A stretch of 45,739 nucleotides of DNA from Chiloscyllium plagiosum (lineage: Eukaryota), in assembly GCF_004010195.1 (NCBI RefSeq), contig NC_057751.1:15372089-15417827 (forward strand), in the 5' to 3' direction. Position 1 is the first letter of the stretch. Every line of letters begins with the position of its first letter. Position numbers and translations under genes: made by a program. Below are positions 12,046 through 24,710 of the stretch, piece by piece. A model generated the notes under the pieces. It ran no database searches and had not been told where the DNA came from. It saw nothing but the letters and a program-made list of their open reading frames with translations.

Positions 12046-15000
12046 CATGTGCCACTGCTCCCAGTACGTAAAAATGAAACACAGCTGGTGCAATCCATGA
12101 CTGCTGACTGTTCAGCATTAATGCTGGACTTATGGAAAACATTGGATAAGGGGCCTGAAGTGCATCAGGTGTAAGATGCAGATGGTAGTCTATAGATGTA
12201 GAAGTTTGGGATCTGCCAGGTTTCACAATCAGAGTTGCCTACTCTTCTAAGCCAGATTTCCTTCTAACGTTTTCTAAAAAATGACTGTAGCACTACATCT
12301 CGCTTTGATAATTTTCAAATCTTTGTCTTCACATACACTCGCATCAAAAACGTTTGACTTTTAATTTCAATAGGAGTGGGAAACAGTTTTTCCAAAATAA
12401 AAAAAACCTTCTCCTGAGAATATGCCATTTTGAGGAGGATGGTATGGGCCTGTGGTCTCGCCCTCCGGCAATGCTCTTGTGCAGGTTGCTTTAGTCAATA
12501 GTATCACTTTTATTACCTCCGCTCGACACATGCCACACCTATTTGGAGCTCCTCACAGAAAGGACCGCCAAGGATTTACAAATCAGTACGTAGTAACTCT
12601 ATGCCTGTGGTGCAGCACATTGACTCATTACTGCCACGTGCCTCTGGTATGTCGTCTTCACTTAATTTATTAGCAGTGGACCTGTTGGATGCAACGTGCT
12701 GAGATCGGCGTTTTGTTTTATCATGGTATGTTGTGTAAACTGCACTAATGCATCAATTATTTCTAAATACAAGTTTACTTTTTTAAAAGTTTAACTTAGA
12801 TTTGGGCCTACCAACTATTATTCCTGTGGTACTGTTGGTAGAAATGTAACTGAAAAACTTTTTGCCAACGAATGCTGAAGTGAAATACAAAGCCTTTATA
12901 TTCATGTTAAGTTGAGCACCCCCAGCAAAAAAAGCCAAACATAAAGGCATTCACTTACAGGATACTAATGCTGTTTGTCTGAGAAAATAAGACAAGATGC
13001 ACAGTTTATCTGCCCAGTTGAAATAAGCTTGCAGTTCTGAAGGGTCACAGACTTTGAAATGTTAACTCTGCTTTCTGTCCTCAGATGCTGTCAGCTAGCT
13101 AAGTTTCTCGAACAAACTCTGCTCTTGTGAACGTGGGCAATGGTTAGATTGCATTTTGAGCTGTCGGGGAAAATACTGCTCAATAGAAGAATTTCACTGG
13201 GTGGGAGGAATCAGCAACAACACATATTGGTACCAAGTTAAAGTGTATTGGGTTAAAGACATTGCTTTTCTCCTCTGACAACACAATCTATATTTCTGCA
13301 TTTTAAACCAACCTGTTGAGTACAGTGTTGTACAATAATATACAACCTTTAAGTACCTCTAATTAATTGCTTCAGTGTCAAGGAAAATACAATAATTGCA
13401 AAAAGAGTCACCTATTACATATGAGCAAGGAAGAAAATAGTCTTGTAAGAGAAATGCTAGAGAATACTGGGGATGTAATTTGTGTATAGGACTGTCTGCT
13501 CTCCCACAACAAGGAGAAAAGCATCATGAGCCATACTGAAACTGCTGCTAAAAATTATTAAAAACTCGAGGAAACTAGAGTGTAAATTAAGCAAAAGGGT
13601 AGTCCGCTTTGAAGCTGGAAAAATGCATGCAAAGATTGAAGAAATGTATTCTGAATTGGAGTGAAGCTCAAACCAAATGGTTCTGAGTTTCATAACACAT
13701 TGGATGAGAATAAAGGACAAATGTGCGACCAGTGCCTTGCAAAGAACTGGACTGAACAGACGATGTTTTTAAAAAAAGGCATCTTTGCAAGGTACAAGTG
13801 GTAGCAAATGTTGATTCAAGTGGAATCTGAACTCATTGAATGATAGGCTGGATAATTTTGGTAGAACACTGCTCACAGAAGGCCAGTATCATAGTTTGAA
13901 AATGTTTTTAACCAATACTTGAGAATGAAACGTGGCCATACTTTGTTCTCTTCATATCTATTTTGACTGAGAATAAAGACTTCAAGACTCATTCTCTGCT
14001 TTAAAGAACCAAATGTTACAAGCCACATTTTGAAAGCAAAGAGCAGCTTCCAGAAAAAACCCTTCAAATAAACAAACAGAACTAGAGAGAGTATTTTGTT
14101 TACTTTCCCTTATATCTGATATGTTAGGCTATTGATGATAAGATAATAAAAACTTTTAATCACAATGTAGAAAGTAGTTCATGGCAAAACCATGCTGAAG
14201 GTGAGCAAAATATTTAAAATTCCAGGTTGAAAACTCCACCTTCAGCCACAAAGCAAAGTAGTGATGAGTGGAGGCCTTTGAATTCTGATGTTACAGAGAT
14301 GTGGGAAAACAAGCAATGCAAGCAAGTCTGAACTTTGAATTGACTCAAGAGAAGTGAAAAGATTGCTTCACAAGAGAGAGAGAGAGAGAGAAATAGCACA
14401 TTCAATCAGAAATTAAAGTTGTTTCTTTCCTCCAATGACGTCAAGATTAATGTACTTAGATGTTGGGATGGAAAAGAGTGTTAGACTCCAAATTCCTCTA
14501 TAAATCTGTTAGCAGATCAGCAAATACATGGAGCAGTTGGGACAGAAACCGAGATTGCAAAGGAGAGAAAAAGATATTCAGATCCTCAGACAGTGTCTTT
14601 TTACATAGGTAATCAGGTGTTCCTTTTAAAATACAAGCTTGAGGGAGATTGTCATTTTTTTTTGCCGTAGTGGAATGCAGTTATATTTTGATGCCTTTTT
14701 AATAAGAAACATTTTAATTTTGTAATACTTTGATAGACACTGATAGAAAATGCATGTTCGAAGGTGTGATGTACAACAAAATTTCAATCTCAAAACTACA
14801 GTGAAGTCTTTCATATATAAAATAAAACAGTTATTTGCTGTTTTGGATTATGCATTTCTTTAGCTTTGAACCACACTTGGATACAGTGGAAAAGTGGATT
14901 TTCTGATCCTGCAAACTAAAATCAGTAAACTTCAAACTATCATGTACAGGATACAGACTAAGTCAGACTCAAAGGTTTGGGGTTGGGGAGGAATTTCCCT

Positions 15001-15311
15001 GACAGTAATGTTAAGCCTGCAGTTCTTAAAGACAGGTTTGCAGACAGCCTTATTTCCCCCTGAAAGATTGAAATTATCATCCATCAACTGTCTGTTAAGG
15101 ATTGTATGGTGTTTTCATCAAATAGACAAGAATATCCTTTGGAATCACTCCCATCTTCAAAACTGTGGCAGATGTCACTTATAGGAAAATCCTACTTAAA
15201 ACTGGCTCTGCATAAAATTAGATTTCAGCACAAGAGATAGCCTATTGTCAAGTTGTATCCCTCTAACCCTGCATTTCCCATGGCTAATCCACTGAGCCTG
15301 CACATCCCTGG

Positions 15312-15403
15312 ATGTTGGATATGGATTCTGACCTGTGCAATCAAGGGGAAGGGAAAGAAAAAAGCTCGAGGCACAGGTGGATCACAGGAGACTCTGGCAT
15401 TGA
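15312..15403 (+). repeat. Dispersed 92-bp copy of part of WBP1 exon 4 (11752-11843)
   Basis: 86/92 identical, ungapped; fused to a SINE fragment on its left. Confidence 0.95.
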
Positions 15404-16133
15404 CCAAACTTGCACATCTTTGTGCTTGCTTCTCATCAATCCTACAAAAATATCAGTATCCTCCCCTGCTCAACTCTACTTAGAACCTTTTACTTTTGGC
15501 ATCTGTCACAGTCCAAGTGATGAAATATCAAAACAGGAAGCAGATCAAAATTCAATAAGTGTCCTACTGCTACAGTAATGATTTCCCGAGTTCCTACCAC
15601 AAGTTGACTGAATTCTCAAAGAGACAGTGACCATTAATGGAGCAATGAACATCAGGGATGCTAAAGCGGTCAGAGAGAGAGAAGCACAGAGATCTTAGAT
15701 TATGGGGGTGGGGGATGCCCTGGGGGAGTTTCAAAAACAGGATGGGTATTTTAGTTTTGAGCATTAGCAGACCTGAGACATACATCAGACATCGAAAACA
15801 ACACAATCCTTTGAATATTTTGTTTCATTAAATCATAAACATCAAATTGTTTAGAAATATATTGTGATGTCACAGTAACCCTGGTTGTCACTGTGTTTGT
15901 GACACCAAGAGTTTAAAATTGACCTAGATACTTGCACATTGCATTTTCTTTCCTAGCTTTATCTTGCACACTTGTCTCACTACTCTATTTCTTTCCAAGT
16001 GTGTTGTTTACTGCAACAGAACAATTTCGAGCAATTTTGCAAGAAATTCAATCTCAAAACTGAAACGTGTCACTGACCTTGGTACTCTCTCAATTTAAAC
16101 CTGACCCCACTGGGTTCAGCTTCACAGAACAGG

Positions 16134-16556
16134 ATGCTGGGCTGGGACGAATATGTGAGAAATTTGCTTGCAGATGGACTATGCCAAGATGCAGCAGTCT
16201 TTGCTTGCTCGTGTCCCAGGTTGCTGGCTGCCAAACAGCAAGGGCTGTTCGAGCAAATGAGCCCTCAAGAAATCAAAGCCATTATGAGCAGTGACCGGAA
16301 GACCTTCCTTGTCAAAGGGCTGACCATTGGTGGTAACAAGTGCTTTGTCATCAGGGATAACTTTCACATGGATGGAGATTACACCATGGACATCAGGTTG
16401 AAAAGATGGGACAGCAACCATCCTTGCCACAGCATAGCCATTGCTCGGTCCAACAAAGTCTTCATCATGATCATGGGTAAGAGAGGGGTCCATGGAGGGA
16501 CACTCAACAAAAAGGCATTTCAGATGGCAAACTATATTAGAAGGTCTGGCTGTTAG
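16134..16556 (+). CDS. Profilin, intronless CDS, 140 aa (PFN2/PFN3-like)
   Basis: Full-length profilin motifs GWxxYV, GLTIGGNKCFVIRD, TMDIR, MGKRGVHGGTLNKKA; AATAAA at 16835-16840 followed by a GT/T-rich tract. Confidence 0.93.
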   Translation: MLGWDEYVRNLLADGLCQDAAVFACSCPRLLAAKQQGLFEQMSPQEIKAIMSSDRKTFLVKGLTIGGNKCFVIRDNFHMDGDYTMDIRLKRWDSNHPCHSIAIARSNKVFIMIMGKRGVHGGTLNKKAFQMANYIRRSGC

Positions 16557-17539
16557 GAAATCAGTCATTAAACCTACTCCGGTGGCTTCTGTGGATGCAA
16601 TTGAGTTCCGTCAAAGCCATCGCAATAACACCTAATGCTGTTTCACTTGTCACAAGCATCCCATTTCATTCATTATTGACCAGCAACTATTGGAAACTCT
16701 GTTACCAGAGTAGGAATCTCACACTCAAAAATTATTTGTGAAGATCGTTTTAAATCCATACATTTTAGCCCTTACATTGTAGAAATTGAGTTTGCAATGA
16801 TGAATACAACAGAAACATAATTGCATTTATCTCCAATAAACAAAGTTTGAAGGCTCATTGTTTCACTTTTGAAATGGTGAAAAACTGATGTTTCGCAAAA
16901 GACAAAAGGTACAACTATCGCTGCATGAAGTATTTACAGTAAAAATTAGGAATCACTAAAATGTGCAAAGACCCAATTACAACTTGCCATGTAAATGAGG
17001 CATTGAAACAATCTTAATTCTCTTTCAATCACACATCTAATATTGACCTTCATGTTACGCCAGTGACCAGTCAGTTGGAACCAAGAGTCAAATGACTGAA
17101 GGAAAGCAGATCATGGCTCAGGACACACGGCACTTCTCAACAAAAGGATGATGTATCTCTGAAAGCAAGATCACTTTTGCGCAACAATAGATAAGTTAAC
17201 CAAGGCTGGATATCATCCTGGCAAAACAGCCAAACAGAAAATCTCATCCTGACTCAGCACGTTAGTGACTGGCTGAGCTTTGATTATTAACAGAAAATTC
17301 TTTCACAAATTTCACCCAGGGGCGGCTGCCAGTTTTTAAATAAAAATGAACCATAACTATTTTTGCGAATGAGTTTGTTTCTCACCTTCCAACGGCTGAA
17401 TGAGTAATTGTAATAGACAATGCCATTGAGATTTATCACAGGGCTACTTCTAAATGATATGTGGGGCACAGCTCGATTATCTGTTTCTCAGTATTCTAAG
17501 CGCAGTTAGTTTCTGAACTTGAGGAGGAAGAATAAGGAG

Positions 17540-18260
17540 AGATAATACAAATGCAAACGTTTAAAAAGACCGCAGGAAGCATCTGAAGATGTAGGTACGC
17601 CAATCTTCGAAGGTGACAGAACAAGTTGATTATACTTCTGCACAACTTCAGAGTACTCTGGCTTTATAACAAGAGGCATAGACTACAAACATACAAATTA
17701 GCAGCAAAGGCAGCCCACTCCACCATTCAGTCGGACTATGTCTGATTTGATTGTGGTCTTCATTCCCTATTTCCAGCTTCTCTCCCCCTCCCCCCGCCAA
17801 AATGATTTTGGCTGGATGTAGCTGAGGGAGTCAAACTACAGAAGGAAGTCATGTTAAGCTTTTATAAACTATTGATTAGACCTCAATTGCAGTATCGCAT
17901 TTAATTTTCATTACCAGCCTTCAGGAAAGATATCAGGCCTTGGAATGAATGTGGAGTTTACTTGAAAGTTTAAGGGAAGGTTTAACACACATGCCCAATA
18001 TCATGTGGGATTCTGATTACGAAAGTCTTGCACTGGCAGGAGAGTCAGTCACCAGAGGATACACCTCAAATAATTGGCAAAACTAATGAAGGGAGATTTT
18101 CTTTAAATGCATCAAGGTGTAAGGATCAGAAATGCATTTCTTGAAAAGACATTTGAAGCAGACCCATTATAACTTTTAAAAAGGGATTGTTACATAGTTT
18201 AAAAGACAACATTTGAAGGGTTATGGGCAAAGTTTCACCATTTTATGAACATTGTGAATC
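17540..18260 (+). mobile_element. Highly degenerate CR1 LINE 3' region
   Basis: Recognisable decayed CR1 ORF2 C-terminal nucleotide motifs (CTGGCTTTATAA.AAGAGGCATAGA.TACAA; TTATAAA..ATTGATTAGACCTCAA.TG.AGTAT). Confidence 0.55.
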
Positions 18261-20084
18261 TGGCTGAATCTCTTCAGAGGTGGCAATGGATTACAACTTA
18301 GTCCCATGCAAACTGGTCAGACAGAGAACAGCACAAACTTTCTGGGTGAGCAAGCGTGCTCATCTGGAAACATTAACCTCACTTGTCCCAGTTTGTATAT
18401 TGGTTCTCCTCTCAGGAGAAAGATGATGCATTTGTTCAGCGGAGAACAACTGACAGAATATGCATTACACTGAAAAAATCATTCCCATTTAAAATACTAT
18501 TTAGTTTCCTGATCCTGCTGTAACTTTCCAACCTGATAACCAGCACAGATTGTGGTTCCATACACTAAGATACAAATTCATTGCAGTCTTAAAAAGAACA
18601 GAGAAGTTTATTTCCAATCCAAGGTTCAAAAATATTCAAGTCAAATATAGTACAGCACTGGAAAAGTTGCAATAGGATTTTCCAAATTAGTTATGATTTT
18701 AACATATGTTATTGTCAAGAATGAGGTAAACACTGCTTAACTAGTTCCGATCCTGAGCTGTCCAAATCAACATTAACATTCAGACTCACGATATGCTGTC
18801 ACAATTTAAGTCATCCGCTTACAAAGGACAGAAATTTCCCTGTGCTGTCAGTCCCCTCCTGTACTATAACATACTCTAAGTCTTCTTAGAGTAAAAGAGA
18901 GAGAGATCCTCTGATCAATGTCGGGTATTTAAGATGCAATATTAAAGTACAAGGATTTCCGCACAATTTTTATGTGAGGAACCGTGAGGACTGTGAAAAG
19001 TACCTAGTAGCACAATGAGAAATTATGCTCTGTCTCTGATCTGCAACTGCCTGTGACCCCATCCCCTCTTTTTACCCGAGCAACTGCCGGTGAAGCCATT
19101 CACAATGGTAGAGGCATAGTATAATTTTTCTACCACACTGGTAGAGTTTTGAGGGATACAATCCTGACACTAAAAATGGTTCTCATCTAACTGTGACTTA
19201 TGAAAACTGTAGGTCAACCGTGAAGCATTACTAAACTATTGAATTAACTTTGTTTTTTGTTGATAATGCCATGTCCTGGTAACTTTAAGGAAAAGGCACT
19301 TGGAGAGATTCCACAATTACAGAAGAATTTCTTTAGCTGAAACCACATCATAAAGGACATTTAAGTAATTCAGACAACAATGCCAAACTAAAATGATTCA
19401 GCAGGAAAGCTAGCGTAGCACACTAGCATGCAGTTACACTAGCATGAGATACAATCTAACACTTGTTTCCCACCCAAATCAGGAAATCTGCTGATTTGCA
19501 ATCTGGGGGCATGGGGAACATTTTTGGTCAGGGTACAGATCAACATCAAAGTCACAGCAAGCAAGAAGAATCGAATGGAAGATTTATCCTTCTGTTTCTG
19601 ACAGCATGGACCCAAACAGCAATGAAGTTTGAATGTGAATTCTGAAGACTTCAAACTCTTGGATCACTGCTGTACAAAGACTCCACCACCTCTCAAAGAC
19701 TGAGCTCATGTCAGCAAGGCGCCTGGCACCAGCTCACATTATCTTTTGCTCTGAATTTACTGCTGATTCATGCACAGCTGTTCCACAGTTCAGTAGTGCT
19801 TCCATCAATGTCTGTCAACATGATTCGTGGACATTGCCTCGCTGACCACCAGCGAATTAATGGAGAAGCCAGACCAGAGTAGATCCTTGTTATGACACAA
19901 ACATAGTCACAAAGAGCAAGTCTCATTCCAGTTTCCCTTGAGAACTGACTGCTCCTTTCTCCGCAAAGCCCTCCTGCATTCCCTAGCTCAGAAAAAAAAC
20001 AAGAGCAGCTTACACTGCCACCTGCTTCTGTCTTGGTGCCCCATGTGCTGTGATGCCTTTTGACATGCGGATCTCAACTTCCAG

Positions 20085-20204
20085 CTATTGCCTTTGCTGA
20101 AGGAGGGTTTCAAAGTCAGGGGAACAGACTAACTTGTGTTTCACGTGTCCCAGCACCGTCATTTCTCCAGTCCGGTTCTCTCCGATTCCAATAGAAACCA
20201 GCTC
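20085..20204 (-). CDS. POLR3D: RNA polymerase III subunit RPC4, last coding exon
   Basis: ELVSIGIGENRTGEMTVLGHVKHKLVCSPDFETLLQQRQ*; AG acceptor; RPC4 C-terminal domain. Confidence 0.96.
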   Translation of the reverse strand, partial: ELVSIGIGENRTGEMTVLGHVKHKLVCSPDFETLLQQRQ

Positions 20205-21005
20205 CTTAAAGAAGGACAACAACAGAAATCAAGTGAGTGCAACGGTCAAGGTGGAAATTTCACAGCTGTTGCGAGGCAGGGCGGTGAGAACAAAGAGACC
20301 TTCACAATGTCCCGTCTCCAAGTGGTTCACAGCTGACACATCTGCATTTGTAATACCTCCACTGTTCCTTCTCGAAGCATACCTTGACAGCTTTCACATC
20401 CATCTGAAATGGCAGAAGGGCCCTCTATTCGCACATCTGAAAGGCAGCAGCTCCAGGAGCTCTTCCTCCTTACTACGCAGGAGTGTCAGCCCAGATTACA
20501 TGCTCAAGCATTTCTGGTGTATGACTCGAACCCTTCACCTTCTGACTCAAGAGGTAGAGTGAAATGTGGGAGACTAGCCAGGTACACATTGGAATAGTCA
20601 AGCCTCGAACTAACTGACATGAGTGAGGGTTTCTGCAGCAGGTTAACGGAGACAGTGGCGAAGCTAGGTGCTGTTATGGAGGTGGGGAAATTGTGACATT
20701 AATCTTGGACATTGTGACATTAATCACACCCAAGATTGTTAACCGACTGGCTTAATCTCAGTCTGCTGCTAGTGAGAAGGAATGGAGTTTGAAGTGGGGA
20801 CCAGCTTTCATAACATTTAGTGCGAGGAAATTATTCATTTTGTAACAAACTCAGTCTCACAATCATCATAGTATTCCAAAATTAACATGAGCCCCAGCAA
20901 AGCAAAATGTCTGAGCAAAACATTCAAGTTAGGGAACTCTTCTCAGGAAAAATAAAAAGCTTAGAGCGAACAACTTCCCTACTTAGGAAAACATGGGTAA
21001 AATAC

Positions 21006-21158
21006 CTGGAGAAACGAACATGTTGTGCCCATCGTGACATCGAGGGTGACCTGTCCCAGTACAAGCTGCACTCTCCCCGACTTTCTGATCAGCAGCTTTC
21101 CGATCTGACCTTCAGTTAAATCCATCAGCGAGCAGGAATTCTCTGCCTGTTTCAGTTC
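21006..21158 (-). CDS. POLR3D: RPC4 coding exon
   Basis: ELKQAENSCSLMDLTEGQIGKLLIRKSGRVQLVLGQVTLDVTMGTTCSFLQ; canonical AG/GT; phase 0/0. Confidence 0.97.
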
Positions 21159-21411
21159 CTGAAGGACATACGCACACACATACTGACTCATTATACGACA
21201 GTTCCATTAACTATATTGCTTAGGCCAAAAACAGCATCCATTGCTCCCAGCACATTAGATAACAGTTTGTATTTCTATTCCAGGAAAAATAAACAAGGAA
21301 TAAACTCATTGGATTCCAAAATGCTGGAAACTGCCTTTAAAGTGCATCTTATTTCCTCTGCTTATCTTTTACATAAACCAGCCCATAAATCGTTACTAGG
21401 CATCAACTATT

Positions 21412-21710
21412 CCATATATAAAGCCACCTGAACTCCTCGATTAGATTTCAACATGTAATTCACTTCTGAGTTTCTGTTATTCAATATGTAAACCATGTGA
21501 ACTCCTTGATTAGATTCCATTCTGTAACTTATTCATGGATATATCCTTAAACATAAATCACCTGAATTCCCCAATTAGTATCCAGTCTACTGAAACACAG
21601 TCTTGCATATCTGTTAACCTAAGTTGAACCTAGCCAAACCTCTCCCCTGGGTGTTAATATTGTATGTGAATTTCTCAATTAAATTTCAACCTTCAACTCA
21701 CCCTGGATAT
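21412..21710. repeat. Degenerate ~65-70-bp tandem satellite
   Basis: Recurrent TGAACTCC...ATTAGATT unit at ~21429, 21498, 21563 and weakly 21667. Confidence 0.6.
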
Positions 21711-21857
21711 CCCAGCACTTCATACTTTTATCACAAAACAGAACTGCAATTGGTATTTTTCCCATCCACAGCAGAATTGCTTAGATCCATTTTTTGAAAT
21801 GGCTGGAGATTAACAGAGTAGCCCCTGCATTATCACTGGACATTCCCCAGTACAGAC

Positions 21858-22120
21858 CTGAGCCTTCTCTTGCTTCAGCAGCATAGTCTGGCCATCATCA
21901 GCCTGAACCTCCGCTTTTACTGGCTTCTCATCACGTGTGGGAGCCTGGCCAGGCAGTGTGTCAGGTAGCTGCAGAAACAGAAGCTCATCATCTTTACACA
22001 GATTAAGCTCTTGCAGCAGCTCAGATACTGAAAGCTCCTTTGGCACATCCTGGATCATCTTCGTTGCACTTGGATTCGGCGACATCTGCATCTCTTTGGC
22101 AACTCCGGGTTCATCTTTAA
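21858..22120 (-). CDS. POLR3D: RPC4 coding exon
   Basis: (I)KDEPG...VPKELSVSELLQELNLCKDDELLFLQLPDTLPGQAP...KQEKAQ; AG/GT; phases compatible. Confidence 0.95.
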
Positions 22121-23660
22121 CTGAAAACAGAGCAATGATTCTAAGTGACTTTATTGTATAAATTTTAATACATAAAGCACAGGCAGAACTCTGTTCTCTA
22201 GTCAGAGCAATATATGGAAAGATTAGAAAAAAATAATTTCTGTTTTTTTTCCATACTCCATTCTTAAATGGAGCTACTCTTCAAAAACCCATCCAAATGG
22301 GGAAAGTTATGACTTAAACATCGCTGGACTATGCACTCTTGCCTCGATCAGAGTTTTGGGGTTCAAGTTCCCCTCTAGAACTTAAGCAAATTATCAAGGT
22401 TAACAGACATGGTGCAGTACTCAGGCATAGTCAGAAGTGCTGTCTTTCAGGAAGAGAAAGCAAGCATTTACCCTCTTAGCTGGCCATTAAACATTAGCTG
22501 GCCTTATTCAAACAAAGGTAGAGGAGATCTTGCTGGTCTCCTAACCATGACTCAGTGACAATACTTGGACAGCATTTCCCACACATAGATGTATGGTGAT
22601 GCAGATGTTAGTATTGAACCTACTGCACAGTCCACCCCAAAGTATACCTCAAAATAATGATCTGAATAGCAAAACCACGACAAAGTGAGAACAGGAAAAT
22701 GCCAATGAGAAGGCAGTGCCAATGCTGGGAACAACAACCGGTGCTAAATCCAGATGGACCTGTCAGCTACGACATTTCATAACGGAACAAAATGGATCTT
22801 GAAGAAATGTGTCAAATCTACCTTGTCTAAAAATTCTTGCTCAGTTGACCAAATACAGTTTATTCCTGGAAAAAAGGCACATTTTGTCCAAATGCTTTGT
22901 CTTGCACTCAGCAGGACAATTCACAATTCAAAGGGGGTGGAGGTGAGAAAACTTCATGACATAAGTGCACTGATTAGTTGCCAAGTGTAAGCTAGTTGGT
23001 ACAGGCAGTGTCATGGAGAATGCAGCAAATAATTATGATTGACAGTTAACAGTCAGACTTTATTTAAATTTTAAACCAGGACAGTTGACTAATTAGTCAG
23101 GGCGCTGCCCTGAGATATGAACCAGTGACAGGTTGTCACCTATTTGTTGAGGTGAAAAAGGGTACAGTGTACATACATATTCTTTCTAACTGCATAAAAT
23201 GGGGCACTGTGTATTACTATTTGCAGCTCACATATATATGAATGTGCCATCCTACAAAGTGGACTGACAATTTTGGTTGTCATCTTAATCCTTTGTATAC
23301 TTAGGATTACACAACATATGTCGCCCAAATGCAGAATCACACCTCATGTTGGAGACTTTGTTGAAAGTATTCCAAGTGCGGGCTGATTGGATATAGTCAG
23401 TACCTTACTTCTTCAAACAACCAAAGGGAGAAGCTATTTGTTATGATCCACCAGTCTTTGGGGTTTCCAGCCTACATAGCTAGCATCACACCAACACTGA
23501 AATTCATATACCGCATTACTTCTTTGTGCAATATATGGAACTTCTTTTGGGCTCTTCAACAGCATTCATCAAGAAGGATTTTTCTAAGCAACACTCAAGT
23601 TCTGTACTACAGAACAATTTATTACGTACTGAAATAACACAAGAAGTTTTTTTTTTAAAT

Positions 23661-23733
23661 CACCCAGTTTAGTACTCAAGGTCATGACCATGGGATTAAG
23701 AGTCCTATTAACTACCAACTGAGCTAACCAGGC
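23661..23733 (-). pseudogene. tRNA-Lys(CTT) pseudogene with A-rich tail
   Basis: 73-nt ungapped match to vertebrate tRNA-Lys-CTT as recalled (about 53/73); anticodon arm GGACT-CTT-AATCC intact; T-arm/B box destroyed; followed by ATTT(A)10. Confidence 0.8.
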
Positions 23734-24544
23734 AGAGTTTTAGTCTTCACAGGCAGAAAATAATTTGTTCCATTAAGGAAGGCTGTAGTCGACACCTTCA
23801 TTTTCAAATGTTTTCTCAATGCATTTTCTCCTTTTAACTTTGTCATAGATTTGCCATCCATTTTGAGGAATATATCACTCATTAAACAAGGTTTTAAAAC
23901 TTAACCAATGCACTTTTGCCAACTGGAATCAGGAAAAGTGATGCGAGCAGCTGTCGTGCCACCCACAACTGTTTCCGATTCTTTTCCAGTTATCAGTAGG
24001 GGTTAAGAGTGGACCAATATTTATCTAGCTACTAAAATCACCAGTACATATTATTCAGTTAAAAATCACAACACCAGGTTGTAGTCCAACAGGTTTAATT
24101 GGGAGCACTAGCTTTCGGAGTGCTGCTCCTTCATCATGACATATTATCCAGTCAGTCACATCGTCATCGGGAGAACCTTGCTGAGCATTAGGTGGCAGCT
24201 GTGATTCCTACATTATGACAGCAACAATACTTCAAAATCACTTAATTGGCTGTAAAATCACTTAAATATGTCTGATGTTAGGAAAGGCACCTTAAAATGC
24301 AAGTAATATCTTCTACACGTGGGAGGTACTTGTCACATTTGAATCTGACTGCATTCACTCAATGTCCTAATGGTGTGGTGACTCTTACAGGCTCACTAGT
24401 TCGGATAATAAAACTATTTAACAACTCATTCCCTTCCTTTCCATTCTGAAAGGCTCCTCCCAGTCTCCCATCATCACTAACTCAGTATAATTCCCACAGC
24501 CTTACATTCTCCACAACAATAGCAGTATGTGTTGTCATACTCAC

Positions 24545-24710
24545 TTTTCACAGAGGGGACATCCACCTCCATCTTCTCCTCTTTGGTCAGCAGTGCAGGT
24601 TTCATCTCCTCATCCTCCACTTCCTCCTTGAATAGCCAGCCTGACTGTGCCAGCGGGAGCTGGACAGGCATGTTCCGGGCATCGTTTCTCAGACCAGGAT
24701 CATCAATAAA
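24545..24710 (-). CDS. POLR3D: RPC4 coding exon
   Basis: FIDDPGLRNDARNMPVQLPLAQSGWLFKEE...MEVDVPSVK; TAG| and |GTGAGT. Confidence 0.96.

Noticed and set aside
20690..20725. 15-bp direct repeat ATTGTGACATTAATC
   Set aside because: Small local duplication inside a decayed LINE-like fragment; not an array
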